Below, in pieces: positions 12,451 to 27,956 of a DNA stretch of 64,000 nt. The stretch covers positions 92,194,001 to 92,258,000 of the forward strand of contig OX597816.1 in NCBI GenBank assembly GCA_951406725.2, given 5' to 3'. The notes beneath the pieces are model-generated. The model was not told where the DNA came from, did not search any database, and saw only the letters and a program-made list of their open reading frames with translations. Both the position numbers and the translations under genes were made by a program. Within the stretch, counting starts at the first letter, position 1. Each line of letters opens with the position of its first letter. The DNA is from Octopus vulgaris. Lineage: Eukaryota.

Positions 12451-14939
12451 CAACAATAACAGCAGCAGCAACAACAAAAACAAAACAAAATAACAACAAC
12501 CTCAACAACAGCATCTTCATCTAATGAATCAAAGCGATGAGAGAACCACTTTGCAGTCATTTGATCTTCTATAAACAGAAGGTGGATCTCCTTTAAATCA
12601 CATCTAAATCACATCTAAACGCAGAATTCATTACGTTACATAATGCAATCTTACATAGTTTTAAAACGATGCGGCAGTGAATCCTATCCTGTATTTGAAC
12701 AGGGTTAAATGTTTGCTCGATTAGCGATGATCTTGAGTTAATATCAGCAGAAACTGAATTAAATGCAATCTGTGCCATGATTCCCACGTACAGGTGAAAC
12801 TGAAATTCGGTTATATAACTGCTTTCTTTTGATCTGAGGTATTTCCTCTCATATCTGCAGGATTAAAGAAGAGAGTATATGTAATCTCCACTACTGGCCT
12901 ATGATTGTTCTCTAATTGTGATCCTTTGCTTTATAACTGTCATCCTCCTTTCCATCTTCTCCCATTCATTTTCGTTTATTGTATTCCTGTATTCCTTCTG
13001 TGTATTCAGATTCTTTTCAATGTGTATTTAGATTCTTGTGGTTAAAAGTATGCTTAAAGTTTAGGGTCCTTCATTGAGCAGGTTGACTCTTTATCGGCAT
13101 CTGTAAGTGCAGAGATGGGAGAAACTTTTTGGAAAACTGGCTGTTGTTCATGCATATAAGTCTTCATTCTGCATTCCACTATCCTTATCCAAGGAAAAAT
13201 CCACCGCTTTCGAAACGATACAACATGGCACCAGTGTTGTTGGAGGCATTACTGTCAGACTGCAAAACCCTGAACATAATCTGCAAGTACCGCGCTCAAC
13301 ACTCTAACAGTTACACCGATTCACCTCCCTGTATTGGAACATTCTTTATCAACTTCAAAAGAATGAGTGATTATGCGGAACTTGTCAGTATTTAAACTGA
13401 GAAAGAGGTGAGTCGAAACAAATACCTGGAGCCATTCTGTCCAACGCTGTAACTACACAACCAATTCATCACCGCATAATATGTATCCGTTTTGTTTTCA
13501 TATTCCTGTTGTTCCTTTCTCTTTGTATAGTTGGACATATTTATCTATCACTATCGTTGCCTTTTACTTTGCTTTATGTATATGCACTTGTGTGGTTCTC
13601 TTCAGGTACGCATTTATGCATCAATAATTCTGTATATCATAGTTATTCGTTACACTTTTCACTTTCCTTCACCCACTTTATTTCGTTGTTTTGTCATCTT
13701 CCTGGTCGTCTGCCCATCCTCACGTCAGTTATTTGTTTATATCTGCACCAACCAAAGGCGATGTGTAAAGCGTTAATGTTCTGTTCCCACGACACCAAAA
13801 CTTATCCCGCTTTCTGAAATTTAGTGTTACCTGCGATAAATATGTATTGTTCAATAACTTAACAACTGGAATTAGAAATGAAATCACAGTTTGTGTTCGA
13901 GCATTTGACAAGCTAACCTACTCTGCCATTTCATTGGCAACAATTAGAAAATATATGTTTTAACCCTCCGAATAATGATACATACAGAGGTACTAAATTA
14001 ATCTATTCATATATCTTACAAGTATTTAATCATTCGGATCAAGGCACACAGTTCGATCCAGCAAGAGCTAAACAGAAAGACAGAGGGAGATAGATAGTGA
14101 AGGGAGATAGAGAGAGTGAGTGAAGGAAGAAAATGTTTTAACGAATACACTAGAACAACTGTATTTGCAAACATATGGCGAAAAAGTCTCGTTAGCAACA
14201 TGGAAACTGCAAGCATAGAAAATCGCTTTGCAGATTATACCACCAGAATTGTAACCTCGTTGGAATAGATTGAAAATGTTTCAACTCTTGACGACTGCAT
14301 GTATGTAATGGTGAGGCAATATAATAGACTGGGGTTGGGTTTTGTTGTATGTGTGATTTATAGAACTGGAATGAGGAATGGTAGTAGTTTCATGGGTAGA
14401 GGTGCTTCTTATAGAGTCATAATGATTGTAAAGATATGGGAAAAGGGATTCCTCAAAGTTTAACAGAGTTCCATTTTACTTTGGGGAGTAGGATACTTCA
14501 GGTTTTATAAAGAAGCTTGAGAACATCTTTGTCTTTTTGACGTCTATCAGCTTATGACTGTAAATGATTGTCTCCACCTCTTACCAGTCATATTCAGTGC
14601 TGAGCAGCTGTAGCGCAGTACTTGTAATTTTAGGAATTGTCCGAAGGCTGGAAGAGAAGTATTGAATGATTGTATCAGTTATTCGACTGGCTGTTCCGTT
14701 TAGGTTAGACGTGGTTAACTGTGAAATATGGCTCATGCTAGAAGTAGATGAACAATTCTGACAATGTAAAGTACCAAAGGCTTCAAGAGGAAGACGTTGT
14801 AGCGTTGCAAGATGATGTGTGCTGAGTTGTTTTGATTAGAAAGAGGACAGATGAACCGATGTATCAGATGGCACTGAGGTCGTTTGGTAAACAGCGGGTT
14901 ACGGAGTACAAAAGAATTCCTTTTGTATTCAAATTAGAA

Positions 14940-15265
14940 CAGCGGTTCTCAATCGGCGGACCATGACCAAATTTTTTGTGGTTCACAGCAAAAAGACAAA
15001 AAAGAAAAAAAAGAAACGAAAAAATCATTTGGCACATATTACAATAGTATCTAACATTAGAGTATATCTGTATTTGTTCATACGTAGATATATTTTAATT
15101 GTTTTTCATTAGCTTTCATTACTTGAAGAGTAATTGAATTTGTTTTGTTTAATGTTTGGTTTAATTTCATTGATTTTTATGGTTAAATGACTCACAAAAA
15201 TATTCAGTTAATCAAAGAGCTCCACAATAAAATATCATCTGAGAGTCCTTGGTGAGGAAGCGGTG
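14940..15265. mobile_element. Possible decayed hAT (Charlie-like) MITE
   Basis: Left end CAGCGGTTCTCAA (14940-14952) is a typical hAT TIR; the right TIR is only weakly recognisable. Confidence 0.35.
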
Positions 15266-15774
15266 TATCAATAATGAATCTCCCAAATATGGATAGTGCA
15301 TTGTGTAAGCTCATTAAAAACGGGCCGAGATTAGAAAAAATGTTTTATATTAACAAACGCGGTCATTCTCAAATTAGTACTTCTTGGCATCGACGCTAAG
15401 AGTTAGTAAATGTCTATGTTATGATAAGTGAGCATTCAGACTAGCAGAATATAGGTTTTGCTTTTATTCTGGCAGCAGTGAATAGTTCAACTAAACTGAA
15501 ACCGTTCCATAGACAATATATCAGTTTAGACTGCTCTCTTACTTTGTAAAGACGTAAATCTTGCTTAAACAATGAGAGCTGTTTGCTTTTCAATGGGATT
15601 TCTCCGCCAAAACTGTAATGTTCTTTCAACAAGTTACACCACAGACTGTTTACATGAAATGCGATATGAATTGCCTTTGAAGTTTGAAAGCACGTGTGTA
15701 CGGTTATTATCAAGGAATATGTTATATATACATGTGCACGCAAATACACACACGCATACGTACATACACAGTTC

Positions 15775-15775
15775 T

Positions 15776-15807
<32 letters not shown>

Positions 15808-15917
15808 GTTCATATATATACGAACATATACACATATATGTTTGTATACATATACATACATATATACATACACATATATATGTATACACACAGACGTGCA
15901 TATATATATATATATAT
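15775..15917. repeat. (TA)n/(CATA)n compound microsatellite
   Basis: Directly visible. Confidence 0.95.
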
Positions 15918-17094
15918 CATAACTGGTTTATTTATGCATGTTGATAACCAATGCGTTGACTGCCTGTCGCCAGCCTGATTCAATGGTACCACATCAGAAA
16001 ATACCATTTTATTGATTGTTAAATCGGCTTGCTCTCCAGTTGTACCATTCACAGTGTATACTTATCTGCCATACTGGCAGATATCCATTAACCTAGAAGA
16101 CCACTACGTAAAACATTATTTTGATATGTTTCTTCTTATCTTTACGCTTGTTTTCAGGCTATCCCCATCAAATGTTGAACAAGATTAAAAGAAAAAAAAA
16201 TAAACAAGAGAGAAAATATAAACGAATAATGGAGGTAGTAAGTGAAATTAACTTTTAAAATAAGGAATTCACTTTCAAGGACAATGTAGTTCTTAATTCT
16301 ATAGTGAAAAACAGAAAAGAAAGAAATGAAAGCCTGTCTGTCACTGACATTTTTGTTCTTAGTTTACAAACATGTTCTAAAACTTTTAACCACGAATGAT
16401 TTATTAAACAAGTAATCTCTATTGTGATGTAATTAAATACAACATTAGAGCTTGATATCTCAGATATTGAAATGATTTAAAGAAGCAAATTTGTGTGCCT
16501 CGGTGACATTTCAATAAAACTATGCTCACATTAAAAGAGAAATCTCAGTACCACAATAAAAAAACACAGTGAGAAAATCCTGATAATTAGAAAAAGAGAA
16601 AACTAAACTAAACTACTGCATGAGAAAGATTTGCATAGTTAACCGCAGATATAAGCCGTGAGACTGACGAGTTTGCTTGGCAAGCATATAGAGATAGGTT
16701 CCATTCCATAGCGCAGCATCTTGATTAAATATCTTCAGCCGAAGTAAAGAGTTGAACAATGCTTTTTAAGAGATATTTTGTACACGGAAAATGCGTGGAA
16801 GCCTATCTCTCCTTCCCCTCTTTCATCCCCCTCCCTCCCCTCTCTCTGTATATAGATAGATGTATGTAAATTTATACCTTTGTGTGTATCTATGTTTAAA
16901 CCGGGATAAAGCGGTGCGTTGAGACGCGTCCTTTACGCCATAAGTTAACTTAGTCGTTTAGAGGTCGCTAAACAAGGCACTGGTATAGATATGAGCAACC
17001 AAAAGGAACAGCTATTTATGATACAACCAATTTGTTTGGCTGAGTATGTTTATCAAGCGCCTGCATGTGAGCTATACACAATTTGTCCACATGT

Positions 17095-17360
<266 letters not shown>

Positions 17361-20300
17361 GGGAGGCAAAGAAAGAGTAAGTGAGGGAGAGATGGATTGA
17401 TATTGCGCAATAGAGAGAACAAAGACGAAGAGAAAGAGGAGCAAGAGTTATCTGTAGAATAGTAAATGAAAAATTGCATCAAAACAAGATTAATTTTAAA
17501 CAGTTACTGATTTGAAAACATATTACCTAATATATTTTTTATGAATTGTTTCATTAATTAATTAAAAACCGACAAAGCTTCCAGCTTTGATCAGTTTTAA
17601 TCTACTCTGTCCTCCTTCTTTATTTCTAAGATTTGCAGTATCATTTTTTAATCTTAATACACTCATTCTATCTCATATTCCCTGATAATCCCAATAAATC
17701 AGCTCATATAGTATTTTTGCATTTTAAGAGGAGGATTAAAATTGAAAATATTAATATTTCAGTTATGTTATTCTGTTTTTGTAGTGCTTTTATCTTGGTG
17801 TAAAACGGATGAAACTCGTATATACTATTTCCTCAAAATTAGCTTGCAAGCATTATTTTTCACAGCTCAATTAACGTGTTTATTAATACATCTTTGTTAA
17901 TCAAGTTCAGAACAAATTCTTATCTTTTACAATACATTTAGGATGCTACCTCCATATCTGCTATAATATATTAATCTTTATAAGATGCCTATATGAAGGA
18001 CATTTAAATTTAATCTAACATTGAATAGTTCAAATTAATATCTTCCACTTAAGCAAAAAGCAATTAACAAACGTGACAAAAATATGGAATAAAAGGTTTT
18101 CGCAAAAGTTTTGTATTCTATATTCAATTCAAACCTATTTTCTGAAGTTATACAACACATGGTAGTGTTTGGGAGTGACTGAGGCATTAAGATAGTTAGC
18201 TGTTAGATAATCTAATTCCTATTCTTTTATTAGTAGCACAATGGTAAGATGAATAAGCCCGTGAGAGAAGTTGTAGCGCTATTAATAGTTAGTTGGCACC
18301 AACGTAATGACATCAAATAGGAACAGTACTAATTTCAGCAGACTGTTGTAAACACCGTGTCTAGCTGCGGAAAAAGAAAAAAAAATATCCGCTATATTCT
18401 ATTTATTGCTGAGGAAATCTGTTGAGGTACCTATATCAGGCATCATATTAGCTACTTGATATGCTGGAGGGGAATCACTTAACGCAACAGAAATGACGTT
18501 TTCTGCCTCAGAAATCAGAGTTTATGTTTTTTTTGTTAGTGGGATTAGTTTATTGCTCTCGAATCCATTACGTCACTAGTACTTGAAGAATTAAACTGAA
18601 TGCGATTTGAACTCATATTTAGTAGTTAGCCTGCTAACAACAACCATTCAGTTGCAATAATTTCAGAACTATATATAACATGTATTAATACTTGGTGTAC
18701 ATCAAAAATAGTATGCTAATATGGTCGTATACCTATCTTGTATTATATTTAGTAAATATAATATAGGTACGAAAAATTGGTCAAAATGCTGTAGTAATTT
18801 TAGATACGCTGAAGGGCAACTGACTCGTCTATTTTCGTTCTCTTCTCTTCAAATATATATAAAAAGATGTAAATAAAATGCTATTCTAAATTCATTACTT
18901 ACTTCTGAAGAATTTACCTCAGTGTACTGGAATACCGACTCGTTGCTAAATGTGTTCTACATTCTAAAACTCATTTTGATTGATATTTTTATAAAGTGAA
19001 ACGGATAACGTGCCTTAAACATCAGAATATGTAACAGAATGCATTTTAGAACTTAAAACAAAGAAGGATGCTAGGAAAGGGTCTATTTTCTACGTTTAGA
19101 ATTTAGAAGCGAAAATAGTAAACTTCTACGAAGACCGTGGAGGCAAGTACTATTGTTATACTAACATCGCTGCTCGCTCTTATGTCATGTACTGGTTTGA
19201 ATGTTGCACTGGACAGCATAAGGTGACCTACTGATAGAACAAAACTGATGTGTCAAACTTGGTTTGCAGCTTTATTTCACTTGTAAAATTACTATCCATA
19301 GAAATTATGGTAATCGTAAAGGAGTGTCCTCAGAGACACTTAATGTAACAAAAATCTTTATATCACATCCTACCGCCTCAAAAAGGAATACAAATACAGT
19401 AGACAAGCTAATCATGGATACACAAGTGGTCAGGATGATCACAACTGGAATAATATTTGTCACAGGTTTTCTCAGTCAATGATGACCTGAGACTAGACAA
19501 CAACATGAACATCACAGTAGTTATTGATCCTAATCCTAAATTATCAAACATTTGTGCTTCATAAAAAGTAGACCATTAAAAAAGAAAAAAATTCTACATG
19601 GATCAATATAGCACCAACTGTATTACACATGGTTTAGAGACACAGTTTATTTTTAAAACAAGGAAAAACAGTTTTAGATAGCGAGAAATGGAACTCAGGT
19701 TCAATTTTTTTCTTGTTTTCACTTATTTTTAATCAATATGTTATTTTTAATTGGAAATAAGCTTGAATCGAAATTCATTAAAAGCTGAAATCAATACATG
19801 AATTTATTAGATTATAGAAATTCAATTCCAGCTGAAATTTGATTTTTAGTCTTAAAAATCCGTTCCGATCGTTCTCCAGTTCTCGATTCAAATTTATGAA
19901 AGTGTCGTAGCTTAATCAAAATAAAATTTCGAACTGACCCCCCTGCACATATAAAAAGAATTGAATTTGAATTTAAATTTCTTTCTCTGGGAGAAATTGA
20001 TTAAATAGACATTGATTGGTATGATTAATGCAAAATGACCTTAAATCTGAATTTTTTCGTTATTTCATGTGTAGATCGAACACAAAAAATTATATCGAAG
20101 AAAAGTTTTCGAAGAAATTAGAAATCAAATAGCTGAATAACGTATGTGCTATTTTAGTGTGTGCAATACTTCACATATTCATTGAAGCAAATGATGCTAT
20201 CATATTTTGAAGGCAATGAAAGAAATTCCATTTCCACACAGGTGTTTAATGACATTTGAAGTGTAAATTCACTTACAAAAGCACATATTTTTGCTACACA

Positions 20301-20494
20301 TTCAAATGGAAAAACTGCATGTTTTAGCAAGTAAAATATGGGGCATTATATTGATGACGAAAGCAGCCTGCATTTATCAAATCAATAGGATATTTGTTGC
20401 GGAATGGCATTTAACGCCGTTTCGTTTAAAAATACGGAAATCGACTACATACGTTTCTCCTATTTACGTTATGTATGTATGTATGTATGAGTGA

Positions 20495-20540
<46 letters not shown>

Positions 20541-22930
20541 TTATATATATGTATGTATATATAAAATCACAAGCACCATGAGAATAATCCAGTTATGCCA
20601 AAAACGCGTTAGATGTTATTGATTCACGTAGATATCAATAATGTCTTTGATATCGCTCAAGTAAACCACATTCATTAATGTTTTTTATGTTTAATAACAC
20701 AATGTAGCATTCTCCAGCATTCAGCTATTTAATTACATTTGTAATGGCTGAAATCCAAAGAAATCTAGTTTCAATAAAGAATAGAGATGAAATAGTGTAA
20801 AATAGGATAGCATAGTGAAAAGCAGCTTATATAAGTCTTATGGTGAGTGCTTTCAAGCAAAGCATAAAGACCACGAACTAAGGAGGTAGCTTCTAGGCAG
20901 AAGCTCCTGCTTTAACGCGTGTTCGTTATGCTTTGTAATAGAAATAGCAGTCAGATCGCCTTTCAGACACACTCAACAGTTTAGAAGACAGAAAGAACAC
21001 ATTCAAAGGAGGAGTTTTTGATATATAAAAAAGATGTGATGTTCCCAGCTGGAGCTCAATAGATCATAAGTCTGCGCAATCAAAACTAACATGGCAGGTG
21101 AACAACAAAAACAAGTGTAAAGTCCAACAGAGAATGACGTGGTTTCAAGTTTCGAGAGGATTTCATTTCAATTTTAGTTATATGACAATTTATTATGTAT
21201 TCATGTCTTTTTGTAATTCAGTACTTGACAAGAGGAATATTTCTTATAAATTCTAAAAGAGAAGGTGGATCTGCTTCTTTCTGAAAACTTTTTGGTACCA
21301 GATTTTCAACACAGACTTTTCTGACTTGTTCAGATGTGGTCGCTACCTCAGTGCAGCACTAATCGCAACTTATGGGTTACCCGATTGAAGCCAACATTTC
21401 TTTCACTTGCACAACCCTCTATCTTGTTAATATATATTTTCTTGCTTCTAAGCTGTGAAACCTTTGGAACAAGTTAAATATAAATCACTATTGATTTCTT
21501 TTGTTGGAACATGGACACTCATTTGGTATGTAGTTGTGTGGGGACAGTAGATGTACCTTGCCTACTCATGTATGTTCTGCTACTTATTGTATCAATTTAT
21601 CGACTTCCGGGTAATGGAAGACAAAGCATCAAAAGGATCCGAAATCGGAGCGGAGAGTAGCAAAACTTCAAAATTTTACGCATTTAGTTAAGTACTCTGT
21701 AAGTATTTTTGCCATTCAACCGTCCTACTCACATTCATAATATTAGTAAACAACTATGAAGTTAAAAAAAAGTGTAAGAACTAAATACAGAAACAAAAAA
21801 AAAGAAAACAAAGTTATGTCTAAAAACATACTGCAGACGATCAGAACGACCTGTCAGGTTAAATCTATCTGTAAAGAGGCGGTGTAAATATGTTGTTAAA
21901 CAGCTTAAAGCTGTGTTTCTTTTCTTACTCTGTAGCGTAGTGCTGTACGTGCTTAATATCTATAGTTCAAAATAAACAAGTATGTTTTTATTGTTACATT
22001 GTGTCTCTATCAGACCGATCACAATGGTAAAACACCGAGTTACTGAGACTATGCAAACAAGACTTTCGTGCGCACAATTACTAAATAGTAAACGATGAAA
22101 TAATACACTATAAAGAAGAGGTATTTTATCCTAAGGCAGGATATTTTTAGACTTTTTTTTAGGAATTCTTCGGTTTTGTTATTTATTCAGTCATCAAAAC
22201 AACCGGAGTATAATTGTCTCCTTCATATGTGTTAAAGCAGTTTTTGGTAGATTGATTTACTATGTCACCTTTTCATAATTTTCTTCTATTCCTCATATAT
22301 TGAAAAAATAAATGGTAAAATCATTTAGGTACATCACAAAACAAACAATCTTTTTTCTTTTCCATTAAAAAAGCCCCAAAAGACTGGTAGATACTGCTGT
22401 GCAGTGGTAAGTTATGTGAGAACGGGATTTCTGAACTGATTCCTAGGTGGATAAGTTTTTATTTCACATTTGTCCTTTGAAAAGCATTTAATCTGTTATG
22501 AATCACAGGAATCTATTTACCATGTCATAAAAAAAAACCTTCAGGAGAAAATGCTAGTCTATCGCAGACAATTTTCCTACAAAAGATATATTTTGCCCGC
22601 AATAAGATAAATTGAGTTTTCCCGCAAAGGCAAAAAGGTACATGCATCAGATTTGAACTTACAAATAAGCAACCATATCCATTTGGCTATTTTGTTGGTT
22701 CTGTTATTTCCACTAATATCTGAAGTTTCGTGTCACGCATTCCTACTTTTCTTTGTTGTATTTCTCTTCTTATTGGTGCTTTATTAATCTTATATCTTAG
22801 AGTTTCTGAATTATGTGTAGCAGTTAGCCTTCTTATCTTCCCATATTTTAGACTAAAACACTTGCCAAATTACAAGAGAGCAGTTGGAATCTATAGATGG
22901 GTGAAGAATTGTTTTGTGGTACATAATTAC

Positions 22931-23138
22931 TCTCTTTTACTCTTTTACTTGTTTCAGTCATTTGACTGCGGTCATACTGGAGCACCGCCTTCAAGTCGAG
23001 CAAATCGACCCCAGAACTTATTCTTTGTAAGCCTAGTACTTATTCTATCGGTCGCTTTTGCGAACCGCTAAGTTATAGGGATCTAAATACACCAGCATCG
23101 GTTGTCAAGCGATGCTGGGGGGGGGGGGGGGCGAACAG

Positions 23139-23181
<43 letters not shown>

Positions 23182-23331
23182 CGACGGGCTTCTTCCAGTT
23201 TCCATCGACCAAATCCACTCAAAAGGCTTTGGTCGGCCTGAGGCTATAGTAGAAGACACTTGCCCAAGGTGCCACCCGGAACCATGTGGTAGGTAAGCAA
23301 ACTACTTACCACACAGCCACTCCTGCGCCTA
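22931..23331 (-). mobile_element. SINE family A, near full length
   Basis: Reverse complement of the 7111-7516 copy, with internal poly-G/(CA)n/(TA)n tract. Confidence 0.9.
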
Positions 23332-25763
23332 TGATTAGATCATTTGTTTATGTCAAGGGCGTCGATTTTGCTTTGGCCCACGTTCTATTGAATATTGGGA
23401 GGGAATATGTTTCTCTTTTGTATATCTAGCTCTATGAAAACCGTGAGTGAGTAGGGAGAGAGAGAGAGAGAGAGAGAAGGAGAGAGATAAAGAAAGAATG
23501 AGAGATGGTAAATAAACGCTTCATAACATTACATAGCAAGATACTCCCAACCCATGCAGATATTGCTAACTGAGTTCTTATCAAATAGAATATTTCGTGG
23601 TGTGAGAGCTTTGTAATTCACAAGGCTTGTTGCTGTTGCTATTGCTAAATAGTGCTTGGTCAACTCTGATAAAACGCTCCTACGAGATGCAGGTAGACGG
23701 CCAAATGACTAGGTATAACTTATCTATTTTGTTTACAAAATGCTTTGACTTAACTGTGTATCACATTGTACACTCATATAGAGATAAATCATATGAGACA
23801 ATATAAATAAAACAAAGCAAAAGCTGGAATATTTGACGTAAATTAAGGAAAACAGTATAAATAGTTACAGTATAATGAATCACAGCAAGTAAATATAAAA
23901 GTCATTTGTTGACTGCTAGGGTAGTCACGCAAGCATACATAAGGTACGGATTAATTGAATCCACAATTGTATTACGGTTTTCGGCAGAAGTCAGTTCAAT
24001 AAATTCTAATTCTAATGTTGACTGGAAAGTCATGAACATCACAATATCTTACTCCCATTCTGTGTACATATGAGTTTGTGTTGAAGTTAGTGTACAATAT
24101 AGCTTCCGTTCTTGTATACATATGTTTGTGTTCATTGAAGTACACTTCAACAAAAATTTTCGGTATATATTGAACCCAGATATAATTGTTTTTGAATGTT
24201 AATTTCATCAACGGGTCAAATCGTTTCGTCTTAATACACATAAAAGAGACTCCACAAACTTTATAGTTTTAGATGAATATTTGTAACTCATTTTGTTTCA
24301 TTAGTTAATACAATTCTAATTCAATAGAAGATTAAAGGCGAAGGATTTGAACATACTGAACCTAGTTTTGCACTCATCCCTATTCATCACTTTACTATTC
24401 AACTGCAGGCAAAAATATTCAACAGCTGTTAGAGTCAATTACTGTAGATTTATATGGTTTTATATTATTAAAGAATAGCGTGATCGATTGATACATTTCT
24501 ACAAATCTTAAAGTCTTTTGTTCAAATATCTGGAATAACAATTAAAATTAGATTTGACTCGATTGCTATAATAAAATCCGCGTTTTCAATTGCTTGTTTG
24601 AGAGAATGAAGATAAAAGCAGTAGGTGATGGGTATACTTAATTCTCAAGTGTACTTTAAAAAAGAAGTAAATAAATGTAGGGATAATTGGAACGAGAAAA
24701 TGAAAATGAATGTATAAGCGTTATCTTTTGTGAATCTTAGCCTATGAGCAATGGAATAATTCATTAAATTTTCAATGAATTATTTTTTTTGAATATTATC
24801 GATTTTATATAATTCCCCGAAAAATTCACTTCTCTATAAAATTAATATCACGTTGTCCTCCATGATAAATAGTTACATACTAACTTGTATGTAATCACAG
24901 CCGGAAGTATCCCAATACAATTTTTGTTATTTTCTGTATTAGCCAACGCTGAAATTTTCTCCAGGTGAAAGTAACTAAAAAATCAGAAATTAATAACCAA
25001 TTTCTTCTAAAGTCTGGCGTCTATTTGTCGGTGAAAATATAACAATTTAATTCGATTGAAATATAACAAAAACATCTTGCGCAATCTTGATAATATGCTA
25101 AAAAGTTTAATTTAATTTCAAATTAAAAGTCAATTATACTGCATCGAACATTTAAAAGTGATGGATGCCAACATTGGTACAGGTTCTATTGTAGATTAGA
25201 TGTGAATTCTATTAATATATGTAAACTATCTTAATACTGCCAAATGTTCCTGCCATCTTTAATATTATTGTTGTTGTCATTCCTGATCAAATATATTTTT
25301 CAAATTTGATCTTTATGTTTTTCGACGGCGAGTTATGATATTTGGCGGTCTTTTTTTAGAGCAGCGAACGAACGAGTGAAGTCGGTAGCTGAGGTAGCTG
25401 GCGAACATGATTATCATTTTTGCTGCGAGATAGCGATAAAACTTTAGGTAACAAGAATATCAGTCATACGCATCGAGAAGAGCATTGTCACTGAGAATTT
25501 TCTTACATTTTTTTACATTAATTTTTTTTGTTTTCTGTTTTCATTCCCCACCTAATTTCTAATTTTTCTTCTTTCCTTTTTCTTTCTTCCCCTTTTTTCT
25601 ATCATATGACTTTGTAAATAAGCAATCCGGTGGGTATATTTTAATGGTCTACGAATGTATACAATAAGTTTTCTTACTGTAGGTTTCGGGAAGACATTCG
25701 GCAAGAAATGGAACCAAATTGAAAGCAGAAGAAAATAATAATAATAATCATAATAATAATAAT

Positions 25764-27803
25764 GTTTCTAGAAGAGCAGAAGGGATGCTGTAAGGGCTCA
25801 TAGGCTGTAAAGATAAATTAATGATCAATAAAGCCATAACGGAAGATAGCCGTAGAAAGAAGAAAGGCCTAAGTATGACCTGGATCGACTACCGAAAGGC
25901 TTTTGATAGCATTCCCCATACACGGATCCTGGAAACACTAGTCATGAACAAGGTAGCACCAATAATCATGAAATACATAAGCCACTCTATGAATAAATGG
26001 CAAACAGTGCTCCAAACAAAAGAGAGACTCATAAAAACCAAAGCGACCCCCATTAGAAGACGAATATTCCAGGGAGACACGCTCTCTCCACTCCTTTTCT
26101 GCTTGGCACTGACACCATTATCTGACATGCTAAACAGAACTGAATGCGGATACAACTGTTACGGCAAAACAATCAGCCACCTCTTATATATGGAAGACCT
26201 AAAATTGCATGCTACAAATGATAAGCAGCTGGAAACATCACTACAAAAACTACATGGATTTACCAAAGAAATAAAAATGAAATTTGGATTAGAAAAATGT
26301 GCCAAAGCAACCTTGAAAAGAGGAAAACTAGTTAAGAGTAGTAACATCACACTAGATAAAGCAAATGAAATAAGAGAATTAGACCAAAGCCAGACAAACA
26401 AATATTTAGGAATCAATGAACTAGATACGATACAACACTCACGAATGAAAGAGAAAAAAAAAAGAATACTATAGTCGAGTTAGATTAATACTAAAAACGG
26501 AGCTCAATGCGAAAACCAAGACAATAGGTATTAAGACTTTAGCCGTCCCAGTTATAAGTTACAGCTACAATATCCTTAACTGGACACTAAATGAACTAGC
26601 CAAATAGACAGGAAAACAAGAAAAATAATAACAAGATCTAGGATGCACCACCCAAAATCTGACATAGAAAGGTTATATATATACAACGTATAGAAGGTGG
26701 TAGAGGCCTTAGAAAACTATCATAAAATAACCACCATAGGACTGCAGAAATACTTACTTCAGAAGCAAAGAAAACTAATACAAATAGCCACAAAACACAA
26801 ACAAAATAAAAAACTGTTTTCAGTTTTTAAGGAAGCTGACAAATACAAACAAGAAATCATACTACCTAACAAATATGAAGAAGAAGTAACAACAAAAGCT
26901 GTAAAACAAATGAAATCCAAACTAAAAGTAGAAAAGCAACGGACCATGATAAGACGATGACAAGAAAAGCCCCTTCATGGCAAATACTGAACGAAACTAA
27001 ATGCAAAAGAAAAAAGACAAGGCACAATCCCAGCAATGGCTGAGAAGCTCAGGACTCAAAGCAGAAACTGAAGGATTTTTAATTGCAGCACAAAACCAGA
27101 AATTACCAAAAACATATAATGAAAAGAAACAGCAAGTAACTGCAGAATATGTGGAGATGGACAAGAAACAATAAATCATATTGCCTCTGGCTGCCCAGTC
27201 CTGGCTAAGAAGGAATATATTCACAGACACGACAGAGTTGGGGCCTACATACACTGGAAGCTACGCCAACACTATGGAATAACAACAGAAAAAAATGGTG
27301 TAAGCATACGCCAGAAAAGGTCACAGAAAATGAAAAAGCAACAATACTATAGGATATGCCAATACACACACATAGAGAAATTGAAGCCAATAGGCCAGAT
27401 ATAGTTGTCAGTGATAATGAAGAAAAAAGTGCTTTCTCATTGTTGTATCAATACCAACAGATGACAACGTTTCCCTAAAAGAAATGGAGAAACTTTCAAA
27501 ATACAAAGACCTGGAAATAGAGGTAACTCGAATGTGGAGTCTAAAAACAGAAACAATTCCTATCATAATAGGTGCATTAGGCATGATAAAAAATATTCAG
27601 ACAAATACATAACAAAAACACCAGGACTTACAAATTTATATATAACATACAGAAAATAGCACTACTAGGCACTGCACACATCCTACGTAAAACACTTTCA
27701 ATTCAGTAACCAAAAGAGCATCACAGCAAACCACAGCACATATCCAAGGCACACAGAGTTGCGCTCGGTAGTGCAGTCAACGCACGTTATAAAAATAAGG
27801 CTA

Positions 27804-27806
<3 letters not shown>
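25764..27806 (+). mobile_element. 5'-truncated R4/Dong-type non-LTR retrotransposon (family Dong-B): RT, CCHC knuckle and RLE; pseudogenised
   Basis: EEQKGC...WIDYRKAFDSIPH...IFQGDTLSPLLFCLAL...HLLYMEDLKL (YMDD changed to YMED)...KFGLEKC; CRICGDGQETINHIASGC; ANRPDIVV...KEMEKLSKYKDLEIEV...IPIIIGALG. Flanked on both sides by (TAA)n (about 25735-25763 and 27807-27930). Confidence 0.95.
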
Positions 27807-27883
<77 letters not shown>

Positions 27884-27930
27884 TAATAATAATAATAATA
27901 ATAAATATAATAATAAAAATAATAATAATA
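27807..27930. repeat. (AAT)n microsatellite (Dong tail/target)
   Basis: Directly visible. Confidence 0.97.
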
Positions 27931-27956
27931 AATATCCTGATGCAGTACCAGGCAGC

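Noticed and set aside
25821-26474. Functional or domesticated reverse transcriptase gene
   Set aside because: Catalytic YMDD is YMED, there is an upstream in-frame stop, downstream frameshifts and 5' truncation: a dead copy.
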